Shown here in pieces: positions 57,970 through 64,000 of a stretch of DNA of 64,000 nucleotides. The number at the start of each line of letters is the position of its first letter. The stretch's first letter is position 1. The position numbers and the translations under genes were made by a program. Source of the stretch: an uncultured virus (IMG/VR IMGVR_UViG_3300018405_000012) (taxonomy: Duplodnaviria > Heunggongvirae > Uroviricota > Caudoviricetes). The stretch lies in the IMG/VR virus record IMGVR_UViG_3300018405_000012; one strand, 5' to 3'. The notes beneath the pieces are model-generated. The model did no database searches, was not told where the DNA came from, and was given only the letters and a program-made list of their open reading frames with translations.

Positions 57970-59343
57970 TCAGAAGCGCGAGCCGTGGCGATGGCCTTGG
58001 CCAAAGCCGCGATCATCGCGACGACTGTCCCAACGACTGTCACGCCCACCGCGGATATCGCGATCATCCCGGTCACGACCCAGGTCGATGTTACGGCCAC
58101 GGCCAAAGCCGCGATCATCGTCTCGACGATCACGGGAGAAGCGATCAACCTCACGGCGATCGACAGGCCGCCGTTCATCACGCCCCTCGAAACGACTGCC
58201 GCGCTCACGCCCACGTCGCGCAAACGGATCATGCTCAGGTTCACGACCCCGGCCCAAGTATTCATCCAAGCTCTTACCACGAGGCTTGGCAGCTTGGGCA
58301 GGCGCTGTGTCACGGCGGGAGTCACGGCGATCGTCTTCGACAACGGTTTCTTCCCATGGCGGGGTGTCACTGTCGTCAGCAGTGGCTTCTTGCAACTTAT
58401 GGCGGCGATCTGCCGGCATCAGACGAGTAGCGACTTTCTCCGTCACCTGCTCACCGGTACCTTCTTGCACGATGATGCTACCTTGGTTACCTTCTTGCGG
58501 AGGTACGACACGACGCATCTCGGCCATTTCTTCCAGACCCTCGAACCAGGACAGGTCGGTGGTCAGGTCATTGGCCAGCTCGGGGGTGAGCAGCTTCTTG
58601 TGGGTGGCGATCACCCGATTCAGGTGTTCGGCCAGGTTGGAGTAGCCCATCAGCAGTGCGTGCAGATAGGGAGCCGTGTGGTTCTTGCTGCCGTAGTCGA
58701 AGCCTGCGCGCGTTTCCTCGTCGCCGAGCACGATCTGGAACAGGGTGCGCAGGGTGTTGCGAGCTTTCTGGGACGGGTACTTCACCCCGAGAATGCTTGG
58801 CTCGTCGCTGAGCAGGACCTCCAGAACCGGGAACTTGAATTGCACGCGACGCAGCACGCCGTCGCGCTTGTCGCCCTTGCGCAGGGAGATGGAGATCAGG
58901 CGCTTTTCCGGCTCAGGACCTACCCGCATCAGGACTTTGTCTTTCAGGAACAGGTAGGTCTTCTCATCCATGTCCTGAAGATCCTTGAGGTACTTGGACG
59001 AGGACGGATCGAGGCGCTTGTGTTCACTCGGGGTGGCAGCCACACGGGCCAGCTCCAACATGACGGAGACCGACCGCATGGTCAGCTCGTACATGATGGA
59101 ATCGCGCATGGCCTTGAGCACGTCGGATTCGCCACGGGTGATGTTCTCACTCAATGGATGGAATACGATGGTGTTCTTATCCACCTCACGAAGGTTCTGA
59201 CTGGTCGGAAGGACCACCCGCTTACCGCCAATGGTAAACGGGGTGTAGCTATCACCCAGGCGACGGCTAAGATGACCTTCACCTGTCTCGTCGATGATGT
59301 TCAAACTGTTCAACAGACGAGCGTTGAAATCATGCAGTTCCAT
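57970..59343 (-). CDS. Conserved chimallivirus protein (phiKZ gp70-like) with R/D/G-rich tail
   Basis: VVLPT...FHPLSENITRGES and APYLHAL; adjacent to the PicA-like gene. Confidence 0.75.
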   Translation of the reverse strand: MELHDFNARLLNSLNIIDETGEGHLSRRLGDSYTPFTIGGKRVVLPTSQNLREVDKNTIVFHPLSENITRGESDVLKAMRDSIMYELTMRSVSVMLELARVAATPSEHKRLDPSSSKYLKDLQDMDEKTYLFLKDKVLMRVGPEPEKRLISISLRKGDKRDGVLRRVQFKFPVLEVLLSDEPSILGVKYPSQKARNTLRTLFQIVLGDEETRAGFDYGSKNHTAPYLHALLMGYSNLAEHLNRVIATHKKLLTPELANDLTTDLSWFEGLEEMAEMRRVVPPQEGNQGSIIVQEGTGEQVTEKVATRLMPADRRHKLQEATADDSDTPPWEETVVEDDRRDSRRDTAPAQAAKPRGKSLDEYLGRGREPEHDPFARRGRERGSRFEGRDERRPVDRREVDRFSRDRRDDDRGFGRGRNIDLGRDRDDRDIRGGRDSRWDSRRDDRGFGQGHRHGSRF

Positions 59344-59358
59344 TGAGGACTCCTTTAT

Positions 59359-60837
59359 TTAAAAGCGACAACTGTTGTCAGTGATAATTTCGTTGCTGAG
59401 GTGATCGTCGCCGCCAATGCGGTCTACGATGTTGGTCAGCGTTTTGCTCATCCGGTCGATGCACGACGAATCGTCGACGACCACTGGAGCCACCAGGGAG
59501 TCACAGAAAACCGGGAAGGCAAACTCACCCGGATCTTCCCCTTCCAGTTTGATGCTGATGATTACATCGCCACTGAGCGTGGCTTTAACCCGCAGGTCAA
59601 ACATGCAGTCTTCCCACGGGAGCATGTCCACAAACAGCTCGGTGATCAGGCGCTGCTCAAACGCCTGAAGCGCATTCTGGTTGATGGCCTTGCCGAGGAT
59701 CGGCAGGACTTCCGGAATGAGGATGACGGGCTGTCCGGCGTAGGACATGTTGTTTGCTTCAAAGTCGATGAAAGCAATGTGGTGAAACGCCATGTACGTC
59801 GGCAGTGCACGGGCGATCTGAATTGCCGCGATCGTGGTGTTGTCCCGCCCATCCCATTTGTTGGTAGTGGTGGCATAATCACGGGCAGTCTCCGGACGCT
59901 CGAAGAACACCTTGACATCGTCCCAGGCAAAGTCCGGGTTCATGGCACAGAGCTCACCGTAGGTGATGAAACCCTGACTCAGGATGTTGGTATCCCGGTT
60001 GAAGTCTGCGAACACTGGCATCTGGCTCACCGTGCGTTCACGAACCTGCTTACGGGCATCCTTGAGAATCTCGCCAGGATCACGATCAAGACCCATACCC
60101 TCGCCGTACTGTTCGCCCTGGTTGGCCACTGCCAGCGCTTTGATGGAGCGGTGCAGGTAACGGGTAGAGGAGTCATTCCAGCGATTGGACAGGCGCAGCG
60201 AGTCACTGGTGAAGCTGTTGCGCAGGTCCTGGTAATCGCTTTCACGTTCAACCAGTCGGCTGAAGCTGTTCTGTAGGATGTTCTTCGGGCTGTTCCGGAA
60301 GACGTCCTCGGGGCGCATGGTCATTGTGCCTGGAGACAGACGATCACGAGAGAAGTTCGGACGGGTCTGTGGACCGATCACGTGGTGAGAACCGGCAATC
60401 TGGGTGCACCAGCCGCGTTGCGTCGGGGTGTCCAAATACGCTTGGTTCACCTCGGTGATCGAGTTGAAGTACAGGCACATGTCGTCAGGCAGGCGAACAC
60501 CGCGCAGGGTATTGGCTGCATCGGCATGGTCTGTGTGCCCGGTGATCTCCACCGTGGAACGGGCACCACGAGCTTCACGAACCAGCACGGTCATGATGAA
60601 CATGAAGCGCTTTTCACCCCAGCCATTACTGATCAGGGCGCTGCCGCTGACGTTGGCGGCTGGACGGATGATGCGCCCAGCTGTACGGCTCAATGCCGCC
60701 GGGGTCAGGTCACTGCCACCGGAGGTGTCTTCGTTCAGCTGACGGATGAGATCGCCCGTGGCATCGGCGTCAAAGGGTCGCAACTGCATCTCGCGATAGC
60801 CCGAACGCTCACGAAAAACGATATCAATTAGTTCCAT
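59359..60837 (-). CDS. picA: Phage nucleus protein importer PicA/Imp1 (phiKZ gp69-like)
   Basis: ISNGWGEKRFMF, GHTD, LYFNSIT, MRPEDVF and PVFCDSLVAPV; position immediately after the gp68-like gene. Confidence 0.75.
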   Translation of the reverse strand: MELIDIVFRERSGYREMQLRPFDADATGDLIRQLNEDTSGGSDLTPAALSRTAGRIIRPAANVSGSALISNGWGEKRFMFIMTVLVREARGARSTVEITGHTDHADAANTLRGVRLPDDMCLYFNSITEVNQAYLDTPTQRGWCTQIAGSHHVIGPQTRPNFSRDRLSPGTMTMRPEDVFRNSPKNILQNSFSRLVERESDYQDLRNSFTSDSLRLSNRWNDSSTRYLHRSIKALAVANQGEQYGEGMGLDRDPGEILKDARKQVRERTVSQMPVFADFNRDTNILSQGFITYGELCAMNPDFAWDDVKVFFERPETARDYATTTNKWDGRDNTTIAAIQIARALPTYMAFHHIAFIDFEANNMSYAGQPVILIPEVLPILGKAINQNALQAFEQRLITELFVDMLPWEDCMFDLRVKATLSGDVIISIKLEGEDPGEFAFPVFCDSLVAPVVVDDSSCIDRMSKTLTNIVDRIGGDDHLSNEIITDNSCRF

Positions 60838-62389
60838 GTTGACTCCCAAGTAGTTGATTGACATGGATGATCATGTCGGCAAGTTGACGTTTGATGTCAC
60901 CGGAGATGTACATGTGACCGGTCTGCGCCAGCATGGGGATCTTCTCGATGATGTCTCTGGGTGCATGAGGCTTCCACGCCTTACCTGACATCCAATCCAC
61001 TACCATGTCGATCGCAATGACCGCCACGTTGGACCGTTTGCCGGGTTCTTGGCGCTTTGTCTCTTGTCGATAGTGAGGGTATTGCTTGTCAAGGACCTCC
61101 GCCTGTTGGCGGGTGATCTTGTTCCGGGTCTCCATCGGCATGAACGATTCACCGTCGGCATCGATGAATTGTTCGGCTGCCACCAGGATGGCCAGTTCGT
61201 GGAACCCCCAATGGTCGAGGATGGCTTGGGCAATGCCCATCAGGCGGAAATGCGTCAGCTTTTGCATCAGCTCGCGGGCTTCGGGACTGATGGTGCGGAT
61301 AACCCAGAACACCAAGGCTTTCTGGAACGGCTCGATTGGACGGGTGTCATGGCGCGAACAGATCGAGATACATTGCTCAACTCGCCCGATGGGCAACTTA
61401 GGCGCCATCCGAGCCACGATGTGTTCCACCCCTTCCGTGTAGATCTCGATGACCTGCCGATCGCCCTCCGAGATCTCAGTTGCCTGGCTGTAGTCATCCC
61501 ACACCGAGGAGTTATCCTCATCGGACATGTCCATGGTACGACGACGCTTGGCCTGAACCACGCCGGTTACCGACTGGAATCGACCGTCCATGCGGATGGC
61601 AGTACCAGTCACGTAGTTGAACAGAATTCGGGCCAACGAGTTCTGCTCCACCGGAGTGGACAATGGACCAATGGAGATCTTACGCACCAGAGCCATCGAC
61701 ATCAAATGGCGAGGCACTTCTTCGCTCGAAAGGCCTGCCATGGCCATGGTCATGCTGATATCATTATCCACGCTGGCTTCGATGTACTCGACCATGCGCA
61801 GATAAGGCGGCCAATGATCCAGTCCAGCCAGTTCGATCAACTTAACCGCTTCCGACTCTTTATAGCCGTTGCCGTTGATCGGGGCGACGTTCTGGATGTA
61901 CATGCCCCAGATCGGCACCATGAAGCGAAGACCCAGGGCGAGTGCAACCATGTCCATGTAGTCGGAACGAATATACGTACGGCTACGGCGGTAGTTTCTC
62001 CCGAACTCATTGTGTTCTTCGAACTTGTCAGAAACATCCGAGGGCACAACGAGGCCTGCTCGGTCAATGAAGCTGCGCAGCGCTGGGTAGGTGACGATGG
62101 TGTAGATTTCCTTGGTGATGGCTTCAATTTCGCCACGGACCAGGAACGAGGAACGGATTTCCTCTGACATCAAAAGTTCGGCAGAGCGCACGTACAGATC
62201 CCACAAGCTGGTCTGGTCGGCCTCAGGTAGGGTGGCGATGAACTCGTTGGTCTCCTTGAACAAGATTTCGCGGTTGATGATAGCAGCCGAGTAGTAACTT
62301 CCAGCTGACAGCATGAGAGTTTTGTCGCCGTGCTCCAAACGAAGCATGGAGATCCCTTTGCTGGACATGTCCTGTACATTGATCTGCAT
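60824..62389 (-). CDS. Non-virion RNAP specificity (sigma-like) subunit, phiKZ gp68-like
   Basis: 521 aa with RTYIRSDY, MVPIWGMY, EDNSSVWDDY and WGFHELA; synteny. Confidence 0.8.
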   Translation of the reverse strand: MQINVQDMSSKGISMLRLEHGDKTLMLSAGSYYSAAIINREILFKETNEFIATLPEADQTSLWDLYVRSAELLMSEEIRSSFLVRGEIEAITKEIYTIVTYPALRSFIDRAGLVVPSDVSDKFEEHNEFGRNYRRSRTYIRSDYMDMVALALGLRFMVPIWGMYIQNVAPINGNGYKESEAVKLIELAGLDHWPPYLRMVEYIEASVDNDISMTMAMAGLSSEEVPRHLMSMALVRKISIGPLSTPVEQNSLARILFNYVTGTAIRMDGRFQSVTGVVQAKRRRTMDMSDEDNSSVWDDYSQATEISEGDRQVIEIYTEGVEHIVARMAPKLPIGRVEQCISICSRHDTRPIEPFQKALVFWVIRTISPEARELMQKLTHFRLMGIAQAILDHWGFHELAILVAAEQFIDADGESFMPMETRNKITRQQAEVLDKQYPHYRQETKRQEPGKRSNVAVIAIDMVVDWMSGKAWKPHAPRDIIEKIPMLAQTGHMYISGDIKRQLADMIIHVNQLLGSQHGTN

Positions 62390-62456
62390 CGATTACCTCG
62401 AGGATGGTGATGAATCAGTGGATGGTTATACCGATTGATAGATCGGCGATCAGACT

Positions 62457-62486
62457 GATAATGTATCGCCTTAAAATGGTTGAATG
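62457..62486 (-). promoter_or_regulatory. Putative early promoter CATT-N17-TACATTAT upstream of the gp68-like gene
   Basis: Same motif and spacing as the accessory-gene promoters. Confidence 0.6.
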
Positions 62487-62570
62487 AAACCTCGAGAGGG
62501 TATAAGGCCGACACAGGGTCGTAATGACCCTGTGTCGATCCATGATCAAGGCTTAATTCGTATTCAGGTC

Positions 62571-63293
62571 CTAGAGAGGCACGTCCGAGTCAAAGCTGAA
62601 GTCGCTGCCGCCGCTGGGTGCGCTGCTGGTATGGCCAGCATTACCACCGCCCCAACCACCGCCGCCATTGTTACCACCACCGTTATTCCAGCCACCTTGG
62701 TTACCACCACCGTTGCCACGGTTGCGATTCATCCACTCGGGCTTCTTGTAATGACGTTCAAGCACCTTACCCATGTACTCGCGCATGGTGTCGATCCAGG
62801 CGAGGCAGTACAGGCGGGAAGCGATCGCTACCGGCATGGAGCCGTTCGCATCACGGAACTTGTGATAGGTGTCGTCGAGGAACGGGAACTCGATCAGGGG
62901 ACGGGTCTTACCGGCACTGATGCAGATGGAGATAACGCCTTCGGCATTCTTTTCCATCTTGATGCAGCTCATGATCGAGGGGTTCGGGTCACGCTTCTTG
63001 TCGATGAAGCGATGGCCCTTGTTGTCCATGAACCAGACAACCGGTTCTTTGCTGTTTGCTACCGCTTCCAGGGCGCGCAGAATCGAGAAAAACGCACGGT
63101 TCGACAGTTTGGCGTCGATCTTACCGTTGTTCTTGTCGTTCGGCACTTTGGTGGCCACAACCAGACGGGGATTGTTCTCGTAGTAGCTAGGGCGGAGGGT
63201 AGGTTCACCTTCCATGTCATCTTGACGTTTGGCTTTCAACGCCAGAGATGGATCGTCCAGAATGGTTTCAGGACGCTGGTTTTGTTCGCTCAT
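62571..63293 (-). CDS. chmC: ChmC-like nucleus-associated nucleic-acid-binding protein
   Basis: Start MSEQNQ; NNPRLVVAT core; Gly/Asn-rich disordered tail with an acidic tip; immediately upstream of the gp68-like and PicA-like genes. Confidence 0.65.
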   Translation of the reverse strand: MSEQNQRPETILDDPSLALKAKRQDDMEGEPTLRPSYYENNPRLVVATKVPNDKNNGKIDAKLSNRAFFSILRALEAVANSKEPVVWFMDNKGHRFIDKKRDPNPSIMSCIKMEKNAEGVISICISAGKTRPLIEFPFLDDTYHKFRDANGSMPVAIASRLYCLAWIDTMREYMGKVLERHYKKPEWMNRNRGNGGGNQGGWNNGGGNNGGGGWGGGNAGHTSSAPSGGSDFSFDSDVPL

Positions 63294-63371
63294 GGTGTAC
63301 TCCAACGGTCTAGGCGTTTTCTCTACAATATAGAGGTGATGGGTTCTTTTTAACAGGGGGGTTCAGGAGGC

Positions 63372-64000
63372 TCAGCTTTTCGCGTAGAGATTGATCACCA
63401 GCCGCTCCAGTTCGGGCTCATAGGCCTTCTTGACGCAGTCGATAATGTAGTCTTTAGTAGTCAGTGAGTTCCATCTGTTTTTATCAGCGATCGTCTGCAT
63501 TATCCGACGGTACTTGATCGGATATGCGGTGAAGAGATTACTTCCATCCCCAAAGAATTGCAGGGTCATGCGATCAAAAGGGATGTTGGTCAACTCTTTA
63601 CCGTTCGATAACTTGGTGTACCAGAACGTCTGGGCCTTGGTAGCACCCGTGTGCGATTCCAACAAAGTCAAGGCACTGAAACGATAACGCTGAAGCAGGT
63701 CTACGGCATAACTGGTCAACATCAGTACACGGTACGGGTCGTTAGGGATATCGATGTCCGTCTCAAGTGTCTTCAGGTGCGGGTGGTTAGGCAGAAGACC
63801 CAGCAGCTCGATGACCGTCTGTTCTTCCCGAATGGCGGCAAGTTTCTGACGCTCGGTGTTAGCGGCCTTTAAAATAGCGTGGGGGAATCGTTTCGGCAGT
63901 CCTCGATAGTTACAAAGGTAAAACTGAGTTCGAGCCCGTTCATTCGTGATCTGACGGATGGACTGGTCGATGACGGTCATCTCGTTGATCAAGATAGCCG
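63372..64000 (-). CDS. Conserved chimallivirus protein, 3' part (starts outside the window)
   Basis: TSYAVDLL, LLESHTG, WYTKL and IPF motifs; open to the window edge. Confidence 0.65.
   Translation of the reverse strand, partial: AILINEMTVIDQSIRQITNERARTQFYLCNYRGLPKRFPHAILKAANTERQKLAAIREEQTVIELLGLLPNHPHLKTLETDIDIPNDPYRVLMLTSYAVDLLQRYRFSALTLLESHTGATKAQTFWYTKLSNGKELTNIPFDRMTLQFFGDGSNLFTAYPIKYRRIMQTIADKNRWNSLTTKDYIIDCVKKAYEPELERLVINLYAKS

Noticed and set aside
57818..58645. 275-aa Arg/Ser-rich plus-strand ORF
   Set aside because: It is antisense to the low-complexity tail of the gp70-like gene and crosses a terminator hairpin.
62640..62720. Short TTACCACC(A/G)CC repeats
   Set aside because: They encode the Gly/Asn-rich ChmC-like tail and are not a separate element.

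Overview
This window is part of a phiKZ-like (nucleus-forming, Chimalliviridae-type) jumbo phage genome, mostly coded on the minus strand. From right to left it carries the conserved core block: a ChmC-like RNA-binding protein, a gp68-like non-virion RNAP subunit, the PicA/Imp1-like importer, a gp70-like protein, nvRNAP beta and beta' C-terminal subunits and an SF2 helicase with an intein. Next come a virion RNAP beta' fragment, the exonuclease/motif-A half of a split family B DNA polymerase, head/inner-body paralogs rich in S-x-E protease sites, and baseplate-type genes. The left end has nucleotide metabolism genes (thyA, tmk), an HNH endonuclease and tail-fibre/receptor-binding genes. Accessory islets (macrodomain, Ntn peptidase, HD protein, SspB-like, AlpA-like) are interspersed. 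phiKZ gene numbers are inferred from motifs and synteny from memory, not from searches. The strongest new observations are: (1) an intact programmed -1 frameshift cassette (T_TTT_TTC, 6-nt spacer, stem-loop) joining a conserved core gene to a start-less downstream ORF, resembling G/GT tail assembly chaperones; (2) a class 3 intein starting with Arg in the helicase Walker A; (3) an HNH gene inserted with a synonymously recoded duplicate of its target's C-terminus; (4) a repeated phage promoter/terminator cassette in front of accessory genes. No tRNA, rRNA or CRISPR array was recognised.
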